From an uncultured Spirochaetales bacterium (lineage in GTDB: Bacteria; Spirochaetota; Spirochaetia; SPDA01; CAZSGZ01): a stretch of 64,000 bases of DNA. The notes under the pieces are model-generated. The model worked only from the letters and a program-made list of their open reading frames with translations, was not told the DNA's origin and ran no database searches. Every line of letters starts with the position of its first letter. The stretch's first letter is position 1. Made by a program: the position numbers and the translations under genes. The stretch spans positions 3,712-67,711 of the forward strand of contig CAYWIK010000003.1 in assembly GCA_964458315.1 (NCBI GenBank). Direction: 5' to 3'. Positions 28,852 to 38,856 of this stretch are shown here, piece after piece.

Positions 28852-30079
28852 TTTTGTTCGAACCGGCTTTCCTTGCCTTATCGATTTTTTCCATTTTTCT
28901 GTAATACTTTGCCTGTTTTTCGATTTCTTCTAAATCGGTGGTGTGGATTTTGTTATCAATGAGTTTGAATTTCTTATTGGTAAAAAGCTGCTTGACTACC
29001 ATATTTCCTTCCTGTGCGGGAAGGCCGACCATGTTGATAAGCTCCTTCGGGCCAAAATCGAATGTATAAGGTTCACTCGACCGGATCGGGACCCGGTTCT
29101 TCTCGAGATGTATCCAGAGAGCATCATAGAGTCTTCCGAGGGAATCTCCGAGCTGCGTATTAGCGAGCTGTTTGTAAATGAACCAAATCCTCTCGGCTAG
29201 AAGCTGAGTAAGACGGGTAATAATCTGCGGCTGCGCGGTTACCATGCGTTCGAAATTGGCCCTATTGACCGCAAGGAGGGTTGCGTCTTCGTATGCGATA
29301 GCGGAAGCCGAACGGGGTTTATTTTCGAGAATCGACATCTCGCCGAAAATATCTCCGGGTTTTAATACGGCAAGGAGAACTTCGTTGTTGTTCACAATCT
29401 TAGTTATTTTTACACTTCCTTTTTGAATAATATAGAGCTCCTGCCCCGCCTGGCCTTCGCTGAATATCATGGTATTTTTGGGATAGACCCGGTTAAACTC
29501 TTCACTCGATGAATCGAGATAAACGGCTTTTGCATACGGTTTAATCTTCGCCATCCGCTCTTTTGCCACTTGAATATTCGGGTCTTCCGGACAGTTTTTT
29601 ATGAATTGGTAGTACGCGTAAAAGGCCTGGTTATACTGGCTCTGCCGCGCGTAGTATTCCCCTACTTTGAACAGGTGGCTCGAGTCTTCCTTGCCGGAAC
29701 TCTTGAGGGTGAGCCTTGTATGGGCTTGATCGAGGTACCGCAGTTTTCGTGAGAATCCTTGGATAATTTTCATTGCCACCGGGGTATTTTTTTCAATCAG
29801 CAGCCCATACTGGTCCCGGTGGACGGAAATCAGTGTTACATCATTGATTGCCTGGGCGGTTTCAATGTGGCTGTGGGACGACATCGTGCTTACAACACCG
29901 AAAAAATCTCCCGGTGAAAGCACATTCCCTCCCTCTTCCTCCACGATCTCCACTTCTTTGCTGATCCGTACGTTGCCGTTCCTTATGATATAGAAATAAT
30001 CCGCATTCTGCTTACCTTCTACCACGATATAGGCGCCTTTATTGAAATTAACCATTGCTAGTTGGAGCGGATTATTCAT
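28844..30079 (-). CDS. tandem cyclic-nucleotide-binding (cNMP) domain protein
   Basis: 411 aa; two CAP/cNMP-binding beta-barrels (YIVVEGKQNADYFYIIRNGNV...SPGDFFGV and IFSEGQAGQELYIIQKGSV...KPGDIFGEMS) separated by a helical linker. Confidence 0.75.
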   Translation of the reverse strand: MNNPLQLAMVNFNKGAYIVVEGKQNADYFYIIRNGNVRISKEVEIVEEEGGNVLSPGDFFGVVSTMSSHSHIETAQAINDVTLISVHRDQYGLLIEKNTPVAMKIIQGFSRKLRYLDQAHTRLTLKSSGKEDSSHLFKVGEYYARQSQYNQAFYAYYQFIKNCPEDPNIQVAKERMAKIKPYAKAVYLDSSSEEFNRVYPKNTMIFSEGQAGQELYIIQKGSVKITKIVNNNEVLLAVLKPGDIFGEMSILENKPRSASAIAYEDATLLAVNRANFERMVTAQPQIITRLTQLLAERIWFIYKQLANTQLGDSLGRLYDALWIHLEKNRVPIRSSEPYTFDFGPKELINMVGLPAQEGNMVVKQLFTNKKFKLIDNKIHTTDLEEIEKQAKYYRKMEKIDKARKAGSNKTP

Positions 30080-30090
30080 ATTACCTCTTA

Positions 30091-30120
30091 AGTATAAAAA
30101 TCATCACCTATATTTGTCAA
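30091..30120 (-). promoter_or_regulatory. sigma70-like promoter for the cNMP-binding gene: TTGACA(30115-30120 rc)-N18-TATACT(30091-30096 rc), then RBS AAGAGG
   Basis: Seen in sequence, in an AT-rich intergenic region. Confidence 0.4.
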
Positions 30121-30197
30121 CGATACGAAATTATTTTATATACATTAATTAATTCTCGGTTTTTTTGATTAATAGGTAAAGCACTCTTCTATTACTC

Positions 30198-31904
30198 CTA
30201 CCACCATTCTATTACCTTAAGTTGCCGCCAATCCGCATTATGCGTACGGACACCTGGAGAAATTTCTTCGTGAGTCCGCTGCAATGGATATATATCGTTT
30301 CTGCGCACCAATTTACCGTCCGGCTTGATTCTTACCGTATCTACCGTACCTCTTGATACAAGTATATGATGATTATCAATATTTCCAAAGTAATATTTTT
30401 CCGGTTCTTCGGCAAAAGGTAAATTTTCGAACTCAGCGCCGTCTGCAAGGGCCGGATCTACCGGCACCCATCCGAATTTCTCGAGATAGAACTCCGCCCA
30501 GAAATGCGGCTTCACTTTTTTATCCCCGTATACAATATATCCCGAAAGAGGTCTTACGGGAATACCGGCATTCCGGAGTAGTGCGCAGAATAGTACCGAA
30601 TAGCCGTACGAGTCGATGGAAGTGTCTTCCATCTGCTCGAGGGGATTGCGGTATATCAAGGATTCCCGGTACGAATAGGTTTCCAAAAGGTAGGTAAAGA
30701 GCTTATTTGCGATAATATAGGGGTTTTTCTCCCATTTGATAATCTCTTTTACCCTCTTTTCTATCTTTTCATTTCCGGCCGGAACAGCAAAATTTTCCGA
30801 GGTATACTTAACATAGAGTTTTCGTTCCGTATCATAGGGTACTACATTTGCCGGATCGATCCGCGTTTCGATGGAATACCGGTCAAACCAGAATATCTTC
30901 GAAACTTGATGCTTTGTGCCGATCGCAAGATCTTCCAAATAGTAGACCGAAACTTCCGGAGAGTAGTTCCAATACGGTTTTGGTTCGCTCAGAATTTCCC
31001 AATTGTTCTGCATAACTCCCTGATAAACCTTCGGTACCCATAGATAAATCCAGTTTTTCTCAGATCCGACGAGCACCTCTGCTTCTACACCATACTGTAC
31101 CTGATATCCTCGTTTAGAAATGAGCAGCTTTGTCCCTACCGGTTCTACTACTTCAAAATAGACACGGTTACTCCTCCCCTTATCGGTTTCAATGTAGATG
31201 CTTCCGGAGGTTGCGCCGTCCGGTACATGGACAACGACCTCATTCTCCTGCCACGATACATAGTCCCCCTCCTCCTCGCCGGCGGTAACGGTAATGCTAT
31301 CCTCTTCGGGCGCCGTCCCGTAGTCCGCACCTGAAGAAAAATGCACCGCCCCGCTTCCCTTATCGCGGCCGAAGTTCACCCCTGCAATTGTGATTTTCGT
31401 CCCCACGCTCCCCTTCTCCGGCGAGAGCCCTTCGATAAACGGCGCCCCCGGGTCGAGAGCACCCGCAAGAACTACCGGAATGTGCTCCTTATTAGTAAAA
31501 AGGACCCCGTTACTCCTTCCCGTCCTTGTATTCACCGTTACAAGCCCGGAACCTGCCTCCTGGGGTATACGGACACTGATCCGCTTGTCCGACCACTCGA
31601 TATACGCGGATGAAACAGGACGGACCCCGGCGATGGATACATCTCCGCTCTTACGGAATTCTCCGAAAGATTCTCCCGAAATAATGAGAACCTCGCCGGG
31701 GACGCCGATCTGCGGAGTAATAGAATGAATTATTGGCGGCCGCTCTGAAAATTGCGAGCTAAAGCTAAAAATAAGGATGACTCCGATAAATATGATGATA
31801 GGAATAAAAGCGCGATGTTTGACGAGGCGTCTAAAAAAAGGGGGGCGGTTTTCTCCCCCGCTGTTTTGTTGTTGAGACCCGGGGTATTTATATCCTTGCA
31901 TCAA
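30198..31904 (-). CDS. membrane-anchored IPT/TIG-repeat protein with C-terminal transglutaminase-like cysteine protease domain
   Basis: 568 aa; N-terminal TM; two IPT/TIG-like segments (ITPQIGVPGEVLIISGESFG; LSPEKGSVGTKITIAGVNFG); transglutaminase core with Cys (SVLFCALLRNAGIPVR), His (HFWAEFY) and Asp (WVPVDPA). Confidence 0.7.
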   Translation of the reverse strand: MMQGYKYPGSQQQNSGGENRPPFFRRLVKHRAFIPIIIFIGVILIFSFSSQFSERPPIIHSITPQIGVPGEVLIISGESFGEFRKSGDVSIAGVRPVSSAYIEWSDKRISVRIPQEAGSGLVTVNTRTGRSNGVLFTNKEHIPVVLAGALDPGAPFIEGLSPEKGSVGTKITIAGVNFGRDKGSGAVHFSSGADYGTAPEEDSITVTAGEEEGDYVSWQENEVVVHVPDGATSGSIYIETDKGRSNRVYFEVVEPVGTKLLISKRGYQVQYGVEAEVLVGSEKNWIYLWVPKVYQGVMQNNWEILSEPKPYWNYSPEVSVYYLEDLAIGTKHQVSKIFWFDRYSIETRIDPANVVPYDTERKLYVKYTSENFAVPAGNEKIEKRVKEIIKWEKNPYIIANKLFTYLLETYSYRESLIYRNPLEQMEDTSIDSYGYSVLFCALLRNAGIPVRPLSGYIVYGDKKVKPHFWAEFYLEKFGWVPVDPALADGAEFENLPFAEEPEKYYFGNIDNHHILVSRGTVDTVRIKPDGKLVRRNDIYPLQRTHEEISPGVRTHNADWRQLKVIEWW

Positions 31905-31906
31905 TA

Positions 31907-32401
31907 CTACTCAGTTCCGTTTTGAGCAATATTCTTATACGGAAGGACTTGAATTTCAAGCTCTAGAATGAACATTTTTTGATTTTTATCCTGGTTCAGG
32001 CCCAAGGGATAAAAATAGACCTTGTCGCCGAACTGTATTGGAAGACTCTTCATTGTACTCGTATACTGCAGCGTTTCTTCACCCGGGGAGGTAATCCATA
32101 CTTGTCCCTGGGCAAGCAGGAGGATTCCTTTTTCATCCGCGTAGGGAGTTATATCTGCAATAATTTTTAAATTTTTTCCTTTCAGTTTTACGGACACCTT
32201 TTTTCCTGAAATCGTGTATTTTGTTACTTCTACATTCCAGGACGAAACATTGCCGTTACCGTAAATCCTTCCTACAATATTCACCGAGAAAACATTATCT
32301 TCGAGGAGTTCCAGCAGTTCGGAGATTTCATCCGAGAAAGCGCCGAATCCGACGAATAGGAAAAGAATCAGTATAATTATAACTTTTTTTCTCATATGCA
32401 T
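31907..32401 (-). CDS. hypothetical secreted/anchored protein (probable start MHMRKK; the longer ORF reaches 32452)
   Basis: Signal anchor VIIILILFLFVGFGAF; translationally coupled to the anti-sigma gene. Confidence 0.5.
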   Translation of the reverse strand: MHMRKKVIIILILFLFVGFGAFSDEISELLELLEDNVFSVNIVGRIYGNGNVSSWNVEVTKYTISGKKVSVKLKGKNLKIIADITPYADEKGILLLAQGQVWITSPGEETLQYTSTMKSLPIQFGDKVYFYPLGLNQDKNQKMFILELEIQVLPYKNIAQNGTE

Positions 32402-32402
32402 A

Positions 32403-32945
32403 CTATTGTCGTATTTCCAATTTCCTCTCTTCCGTAAGGATCTGCGGTTCACCTATTATGATCAGCTCATCCCGTTCCGGAATGTCCATATTGACCTCGA
32501 CCATCACCTCTTCAGATTCTAAAAGACTTCGGATAATTGCCAAATCCTTAGCGTTGATTTCAATCTTTGTAGGTTTGAACTCCTGAGCAATCGGCTGAGG
32601 TTCCTCTTTACCGACGGAGATAAATGCCAGGCTGCCGATTAGAAGAAACATCATAATACCCAGGGTAACGGCCAGAGGAGCGGGGAGCGGAAGCCGCCGT
32701 TTCCAGAAGGACACGGACATCTTTTCATCTTCGACACGGGCAAGCACCCGGCTTCTTATCATTTCCTTATTCCATTCCGTGGAGGTTTCTTCATCTTGAT
32801 GAAGAAAACCGCTTATTTCCCGGAATTTCGCAACCTTCACCGCGCAGTCAGGGCAATTCTGTATGTGGGCTTCAATAATGCGCGCAAAATGCTCCTCTAC
32901 TTCACCGTCGTAGTAGGCTGAAAGAATAGATTCCTCAGGGCACAT
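32403..32945 (-). CDS. anti-sigma factor (zf-HC2 type), single TM
   Basis: 180 aa; N-terminal HxxxCxxC zinc finger (HIQNCPDCA), central TM helix; overlaps the ECF sigma gene. Confidence 0.65.
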   Translation of the reverse strand: MCPEESILSAYYDGEVEEHFARIIEAHIQNCPDCAVKVAKFREISGFLHQDEETSTEWNKEMIRSRVLARVEDEKMSVSFWKRRLPLPAPLAVTLGIMMFLLIGSLAFISVGKEEPQPIAQEFKPTKIEINAKDLAIIRSLLESEEVMVEVNMDIPERDELIIIGEPQILTEERKLEIRQ

Positions 32946-33459
32946 AGAATTCTCCTTGTTTAATCATGGAACCGATTGTTTCTCGGGCCCGAAAAACTCT
33001 CACCTTTACATTTGCCTCGGTAATTTTTAGTATTTTTGCAATCTCTTTGTAGCTCAAATTTCCATACTCCCGAAGTACAAGCGCGGTTTTCAATTTCTCA
33101 GGGAGTTTGTCCAATAATTTCTGTATTGATTCCTTGGTTTCTTCCAATAGCAGTTGTGTTTCCCCGGTCTCGGGTTTTTTTGCAGGTTCTTGGATGTATT
33201 TCTGATATGCCTTCTGTTCCCGCTGTTTTCTCTTTTGATAATTCAAGGTCAGATTCTTCACCACCCTTATAAGCCAATACATCGCCTCTTTTTCGTCCGG
33301 AATGGAAGGAAACTTCTCATAGTACCGGATAAAAGCTTCCTGACAAAGGTCTTCGGCGACGGTCCTGCTTCCCGTCATACGATACGAAACTTTGATTATT
33401 ACGGGAAATACCTTTTCATACAAAGCGTTGAATTTTTGTGTCTCATCTTTCTTTTGCAT
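32935..33459 (-). CDS. RNA polymerase ECF-type sigma-70 factor
   Basis: 174 aa; sigma-70 region 2 (AEDLCQEAFIRYYEKF) and region 4 HTH (REYGNLSYKEIAKILKITEANVKVRVFRARETI). Confidence 0.8.
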   Translation of the reverse strand: MQKKDETQKFNALYEKVFPVIIKVSYRMTGSRTVAEDLCQEAFIRYYEKFPSIPDEKEAMYWLIRVVKNLTLNYQKRKQREQKAYQKYIQEPAKKPETGETQLLLEETKESIQKLLDKLPEKLKTALVLREYGNLSYKEIAKILKITEANVKVRVFRARETIGSMIKQGEFYVP

Positions 33460-33491
33460 AAGTAAAACAACTGTTCAGTGGAAATGTTACA

Positions 33492-34895
33492 TTAATTCGT
33501 GCGTTCCCATTCGGTACCGCTCGGGGTGTCCTTTATTTTCAACCCTTTTTCGAGCAATATATCGCGGATTTGATCCGCTTTGGCAAAATCTTTTGCTTTT
33601 CTTGCCTTTTCCCGTTCCCGGACCAAGTCCGCTTCCTCATCCGTAAGCTTCGTCAGGACCGGTTCAAGCCCCTCCAGCCCAAGCCCCAGCACCCGGTCCA
33701 TCTCGTAAGCTTCGCTAAGTCTTTGTCCCGGAGAAAAGCGGTCATCTTTCAATATACCCCATAATTGGGCCAAACCACGGGGAATATTCAAATCATTCGA
33801 GATAAATTCCCTGAAAGCTTTGATGTAGTCGCTTGCATCCTCCGCCGCCGGGGGAAGATTGCTCTTTTCGCTCTCTTTTTTCAGTTCTATTACTTTTCCG
33901 TTCAGGTTTTCTCGCGCCGATTTCGCCGTTTTAAGGGAATCGTAACTGAACTGCAGCTGTGTCCGGTAATGGGCGCCGAGGCAGAGAAAACGGTAATCCA
34001 GAGGGTCAAAGCCCATCTTCTCGATATCTTCTAAGGTAATGAAGTTTCCCTTCGATTTCGCCATTTTACCGGTTTCCATTATAAGGAACTCCCCATGGAC
34101 CCAGTAATTTACCCACTTTTTCCCGGTCGCCGCCTCGGACTGGGCGATTTCATTGGTGTGATGGACCGGAATGTGATCAATGCCGCCGCAATGAATATCG
34201 AACTGCTCTCCCAAATATTTCATGCTCATGGCGCTGCACTCGATATGCCACCCCGGGTAACCTTTGCCCCACGGGCTGTCCCATAACATGGATTGATGCT
34301 CGAACTTAGAGCGGGTAAACCAAAGGACGAAATCCCCGGGATTTCTCTTAAAAGTGTCTACCGAAACCCGTGCTCCGGCCTGGAGTTCCTGCCGGTCCAG
34401 CATGGCGAGTTTTCCGTAATCTTTGTTTTTAGAAATGTCGAAGTAGACATTGCCCCCGGCAATATATGTATATCCGTTTTCTTCGATTCTTTTAATAAGT
34501 TCGATCATGTCGCCGATATGGTCGGTTGCGCGGCAGACTACATGAGGTTTCAGAATCGATAATTGCGCAATGTCCCGAAAGAATGCATTTTCAAAAAAAT
34601 CTGCTATCTCCCATACGGACATTTTTTTCTCCCGGGCGCTCTTCGTCATTTTGTCTTCACCTTCGTCCCCGTCGTCGGTGAGATGACCCACATCGGTAAC
34701 GTTCATGACATGGGTAACCTTGTAACCGTCGTATGCCAGGGTCCGGCGAAGCAAGTCTTCGAAAATATAGGTGCGCAAATTCCCGATATGAGGATAGTTG
34801 TACACTGTGGGTCCGCATGTATACATGCCGGCCGTTCCCTTCTCCATGGGAATGAAATCTTCTATTTTTCGATGCAGAGTGTTATATAATTTCAT
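33492..34895 (-). CDS. cysS: cysteine--tRNA ligase
   Basis: 467 aa; CGPTVYNYPHIGNLRTY (HIGH), KMAKSKGN (KMSKS), C-terminal DALR-like region. Confidence 0.9.
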   Translation of the reverse strand: MKLYNTLHRKIEDFIPMEKGTAGMYTCGPTVYNYPHIGNLRTYIFEDLLRRTLAYDGYKVTHVMNVTDVGHLTDDGDEGEDKMTKSAREKKMSVWEIADFFENAFFRDIAQLSILKPHVVCRATDHIGDMIELIKRIEENGYTYIAGGNVYFDISKNKDYGKLAMLDRQELQAGARVSVDTFKRNPGDFVLWFTRSKFEHQSMLWDSPWGKGYPGWHIECSAMSMKYLGEQFDIHCGGIDHIPVHHTNEIAQSEAATGKKWVNYWVHGEFLIMETGKMAKSKGNFITLEDIEKMGFDPLDYRFLCLGAHYRTQLQFSYDSLKTAKSARENLNGKVIELKKESEKSNLPPAAEDASDYIKAFREFISNDLNIPRGLAQLWGILKDDRFSPGQRLSEAYEMDRVLGLGLEGLEPVLTKLTDEEADLVREREKARKAKDFAKADQIRDILLEKGLKIKDTPSGTEWERTN

Positions 34896-34933
34896 GGTAG
34901 AATTTTTACTGCCTTCCGCGTTACTATTGGGTT

Positions 34934-35851
34934 GTGTTTAATCTAAGGAAAAGTAATCAAAAAATCAATATTCCTTTTTCGTGCAGCCTAAAGGAACCGA
35001 TGCGAAAGCATACTTCTTTCCGGATAGGTGGTCCTGCCGATTATTTTTGTTCTCCCGCAACGTCCAATGAGATTAAAAGAATACTCGAATACGCGATTTC
35101 TTGCAACCTTCCTGTTTTCATCCTCGGCGCCGGAGCAAATATCCTTGTCTCCGACGAGGGAGTGCGGGGAATCGTGATCGATATGGTCAATTTTAAAGAT
35201 TTTTCTTTTACCGAGGATAACAAGGTCACTGCCCAGGCAGGTGTTCAGGTACACGTACTGGCAGAGGCTGCAGCCGCGAGGGACCTCTCAGGAATCGAGT
35301 TTTTTTTCGGCCTGCCGGGCAGTGTCGGCGGCTCGATTTATATGAATGCCCGCTGTTACGGCGTTTCGACCGCCGATGTTCTTTCCGGCGTAACCTACAT
35401 AGACGAATCTCTCGAGATAAAAGAATATTCTCCAAATGAAGGCGGGTTTTCGTATAAATCCTCCCCTTTCCAGAAAAAGAAATCGATCATCCTGCAGGGG
35501 GAGTTCATGCTGCGTCCCGGCGAAGGAAAAAAAATCCTGGAAACGATGCAATCTTACAGACAGGACCGTGAGCAAAAGGGCCATTACACTTTTCCGTCGG
35601 CAGGGTCTATATTTAAAAATAATCGGGATTTCGGCCTGCCTACGGGAAAAATCGTCGATTCTCTCGGTCTTCGAGGATATAAAATAGGCGGTGCAATGGT
35701 TTCCCCGGAACATGCCAACATTATCGTGAACACCGGCGGCGCCTCCGCGGCGGATGTAAAAAAACTTATCGACTATATCAAAAAGAAGGTTTTTCGGACG
35801 TACGGTTATGCATTAGAAGAGGAAATCCGTTACATTGGAGGTCCGATATGA
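34934..35851 (+). CDS. murB: UDP-N-acetylenolpyruvoylglucosamine reductase
   Basis: 305 aa; FAD-binding FRIGGPADYF...LPVFILGAGANILVSDEGVRGIVI, C-terminal substrate domain. The true start is likely the internal MRKHTSFRIGG. Confidence 0.85.
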   Translation: MFNLRKSNQKINIPFSCSLKEPMRKHTSFRIGGPADYFCSPATSNEIKRILEYAISCNLPVFILGAGANILVSDEGVRGIVIDMVNFKDFSFTEDNKVTAQAGVQVHVLAEAAAARDLSGIEFFFGLPGSVGGSIYMNARCYGVSTADVLSGVTYIDESLEIKEYSPNEGGFSYKSSPFQKKKSIILQGEFMLRPGEGKKILETMQSYRQDREQKGHYTFPSAGSIFKNNRDFGLPTGKIVDSLGLRGYKIGGAMVSPEHANIIVNTGGASAADVKKLIDYIKKKVFRTYGYALEEEIRYIGGPI

Positions 35852-36159
35852 CAGCCACCCTCGACTACATCAAAGAATACATATCCGTTATGGAAGAACT
35901 CCTTGCGGAAATGGCGCCCGACGATTTAGCGGATTTTATCCAGACGATTTCACCGGATGTCCGGACCGCTCATGGCAACAGTCATCGATGTTGTAGGATT
36001 AACCATCTATTTCGAAACGGTCCGGCTCATTCTCCGGATCCAACTCGGTTTCACTCTGCCATCCGACCTGAATGTAGAGCCGGTCGAACAGCTTTTCCCC
36101 CGAACCGGGCTCCACTTCGATTTTTACAAAACCCTCCTTTTTTTCTCCCTTCAAGGTAA
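35848..36159 (+). CDS. small ORF translationally coupled (ATGA) to murB; only the first ~45 aa look protein-like
   Basis: MTATLDYIKEYISVMEELLAEMAPDDLADFIQTISPD..., then R/P/H-rich junk that overlaps the convergent 453-aa gene. Doubtful. Confidence 0.2.
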   Translation: MTATLDYIKEYISVMEELLAEMAPDDLADFIQTISPDVRTAHGNSHRCCRINHLFRNGPAHSPDPTRFHSAIRPECRAGRTAFPPNRAPLRFLQNPPFFLPSR

Positions 36160-37360
36160 TCCGCGCGGCGGCCTTGTAACTGAAATCCGGGGCCCAATGA
36201 AAATGTACTTTTCCTTCACATCTGATTTTTTTGCCGATCAGTGAAACGGAAACCGGCAGGTAAAGCGATTTTGCGCCGTCGGTCATACGGCACAGATCCG
36301 GTTCTAAAGAAAAGGAGATCCTTCCGTTTTTAGAAAGCTTAAGATTAAGATAAATATTATCTCTACCGCTCAGATAGCCGAGGCGGTCAAACTTCCCCTG
36401 CTGTTTCCAGCCTAGAGTTACCGTTAAAACATCTAACTCCAAGGTGCCGGCTATTTCGATTGTATGGGAGGATTTCCGCGAGGGTGCGGGAAAAGTTTCC
36501 TTTCGTTCTACTTTTTTTTCGTACGCGGCGGACAGCTGCATTACGGATTTTGGAAAAAGGAGGGCCCTTCCGCCAACATTGAAAAGGTTCTTCGTATAGA
36601 CGCCCTCTGGTGTTATAAAAGAGGGGCTGGTGATGTTACACACCCCGAATAGATGTAGAAAGGCAAATAGCAGCTTTGTCGAGCATCTGAAGGCGAATCC
36701 GGGAGGAGTAAGGGCTGATAAAGAGGAAAATAACGAGAGGGAAACGAATCTTGTTTTAGGGCCCGCCGCGGCTCCGCCGGCAAAATGAAGGATACTATTC
36801 CCGGGAAACGGAGGATTTTTAAAGACCCATTGATCATCCGGGCCGCGGTTTCGATACAACCTGTTCATCCCTGCATATCCGTACAAATTAAAATCGGACA
36901 CGGTTTCACAGGCGCCCCAAAGGTTCCAAAATAATCGCTCTTTCTTAATCCCCAATAAGCTGCCAAATTGCCGGCCGGGTGTGTAGAGCGCGGCGCCGGG
37001 GGTCCCGGTTCCTTCGATGGACGAATCAAGCTTGATGCCCGGCAATTCTTCATAAACCGCAGAACCGGGAACATATTCGCCAAGCCGAAATATCTCCCGC
37101 ATTATCCCCCGAAGGTTAACCGGACCAATTGAAAACATAGGAGTGGAAAAACCGGCAGAACCTTTTATTTCTCCGTTTTTGTCCGATTGAAGTCTGCCGA
37201 AAAGGAGGCTTTCCATGCCTTTAACGCGCACCCGCGTCCTAAGCATTGCTTCCGTATCCATACGGGCGGTAAGAAAGCCTTGAGTATTTTCCGCCCGGAG
37301 CCATGCGGATGGGAGTAAAAAGAACAGGAGAAAAAAAGTCCATTTTGTAAGCGATTTCAT
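35999..37360 (-). CDS. hypothetical secreted protein (possible outer-membrane beta-rich protein)
   Basis: 453 aa; signal peptide MKSLTKWTFFLLFFLLPSAWLRA; Gly/aromatic-rich, alternating pattern; acidic C-terminus. Confidence 0.55.
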   Translation of the reverse strand: MKSLTKWTFFLLFFLLPSAWLRAENTQGFLTARMDTEAMLRTRVRVKGMESLLFGRLQSDKNGEIKGSAGFSTPMFSIGPVNLRGIMREIFRLGEYVPGSAVYEELPGIKLDSSIEGTGTPGAALYTPGRQFGSLLGIKKERLFWNLWGACETVSDFNLYGYAGMNRLYRNRGPDDQWVFKNPPFPGNSILHFAGGAAAGPKTRFVSLSLFSSLSALTPPGFAFRCSTKLLFAFLHLFGVCNITSPSFITPEGVYTKNLFNVGGRALLFPKSVMQLSAAYEKKVERKETFPAPSRKSSHTIEIAGTLELDVLTVTLGWKQQGKFDRLGYLSGRDNIYLNLKLSKNGRISFSLEPDLCRMTDGAKSLYLPVSVSLIGKKIRCEGKVHFHWAPDFSYKAAARITLKGEKKEGFVKIEVEPGSGEKLFDRLYIQVGWQSETELDPENEPDRFEIDG

Positions 37361-37482
37361 ACACCCTTCTAACTGTATATAGGTATAAACCTCCTCTGCT
37401 GCTTCAAAAAAAAGCGGTTCACTTGAAAATAAATTTTATTCATGACAAAGTACCGGGACAGTAGCGTTACGGAGGAAATCTT

Positions 37483-38820
37483 ATGGTAATAATGACACTC
37501 AACTGCGGCAGTTCATCGGTGAAATATCAGATATATGACTGGGACAACCAACTCGGACTGGCAAACGGAATTGTAGAACGGGTTGGATTAGACGGCTCGT
37601 TTATCAAACATAAACCGAAGGGCAAGGACGAATACGAAACCGAAAGCTCCTGCCCTACCCATAAAGAGGCGATACAGCTGATTATCGACACCGTTGTCGA
37701 CCCGGAAGTCGGCGCGGTGGAGAATATCGATGAGATAAAAGCGGTCGGACATCGGGCCGTTCATGGAGGAGATAAATTCGCAAAATCGGTGATCATCGAC
37801 GAAAATTTCCTCGATACCTTTTCTTCCCTCAAAGATTTAGCCCCTCTGCACAACCCGGCAAATCTACTTGGTATGGAAGCCGCGGAACAGGTGCTGCCTG
37901 ACGTGCCCCACTGCGCCGTCATGGATACCGCTTGGCACCAAACAATGCCCGAAAAGGCGTTTCTCTATGCATTACCGTATGAGTGGTACGAAAAATTCGG
38001 CGTCCGCAGATATGGATTCCACGGTACCTCTTTTCTTTATACGGCAAAAAGGGCCTCAGTGCTTTTAGGAAAGGACCCGTTTCAAACCAACTTGATCATC
38101 GCGCATATCGGCAACGGATCGAGTATCAATGCGGTCAGGAACGGAGTCTCCGTCGACACCTCCATGGGCCTCACCCCCCTGGAAGGCCTCGTTATGGGAA
38201 CGAGGAGCGGAGACCATGATCCTGCTATATCCTTCTACATCATGCGGCAGACCGGCATGAGCCCCGAGGAAGTAGAAACGATTTTAAACAAAAAAAGCGG
38301 AGTACTCGGAATCACCGGCAAGTGGGTCGACCGCCGGGACATCGAGATTGCGGCGGATGAAGGAAATGAACGGGCACAGCTCGCAATCGATATCGAGGCA
38401 TACCGGCTTAAGAAATACATCGGCTCCTATGCCGCCGTGCTAGGCAGGGTGGATGCAGTTGTGTTTACCGCAGGTGTCGGCGAACGCGGCCCGATTACCC
38501 GTGAAAAAGCGACTGCCGAATTGGAAGAGTTCGGCATCAAGGTTGACAAGGAAAAAAACTGGGCCTCGATGACGAGAAACGGTGAAACCGAAATCTCCGC
38601 CGAAGACTCAAAAGTCAAGGTTTTCGTCATTCCCACAAATGAAGAGTTGGTCATGACCGAAGACACCTATGCGCTGCTGCAAGGCAATTACGATGTACAT
38701 ACCAATTTTACCTATTCCTTCCAGCACAGAGACTACGTAAATAAAGAACGGGAAGAAGCCCTCGAGAAGGACCTTAAAAAACGGCCGGAATTGAAAAATA
38801 TTATCGCCGGACCTAAGTGA
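37483..38820 (+). CDS. ackA: acetate kinase (with ~45-aa C-terminal extension)
   Basis: 445 aa; [37 protein letters not shown], all hallmark acetate/propionate kinase motifs. Confidence 0.85.
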   Translation: MVIMTLNCGSSSVKYQIYDWDNQLGLANGIVERVGLDGSFIKHKPKGKDEYETESSCPTHKEAIQLIIDTVVDPEVGAVENIDEIKAVGHRAVHGGDKFAKSVIIDENFLDTFSSLKDLAPLHNPANLLGMEAAEQVLPDVPHCAVMDTAWHQTMPEKAFLYALPYEWYEKFGVRRYGFHGTSFLYTAKRASVLLGKDPFQTNLIIAHIGNGSSINAVRNGVSVDTSMGLTPLEGLVMGTRSGDHDPAISFYIMRQTGMSPEEVETILNKKSGVLGITGKWVDRRDIEIAADEGNERAQLAIDIEAYRLKKYIGSYAAVLGRVDAVVFTAGVGERGPITREKATAELEEFGIKVDKEKNWASMTRNGETEISAEDSKVKVFVIPTNEELVMTEDTYALLQGNYDVHTNFTYSFQHRDYVNKEREEALEKDLKKRPELKNIIAGPK

Positions 38821-38856
38821 TACCGAGTGATAAAGGCCGGGCGTAATTGCCGCTCG

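Noticed and set aside
30080-30197. AT-rich spacer with short imperfect inverted repeats (TTAATTAAT...ATTAATA) as a possible mobile-element terminus
   Set aside because: No transposase or integrase, no target-site duplication and no matching repeat elsewhere in the window. Better explained as a promoter/UP-element region.
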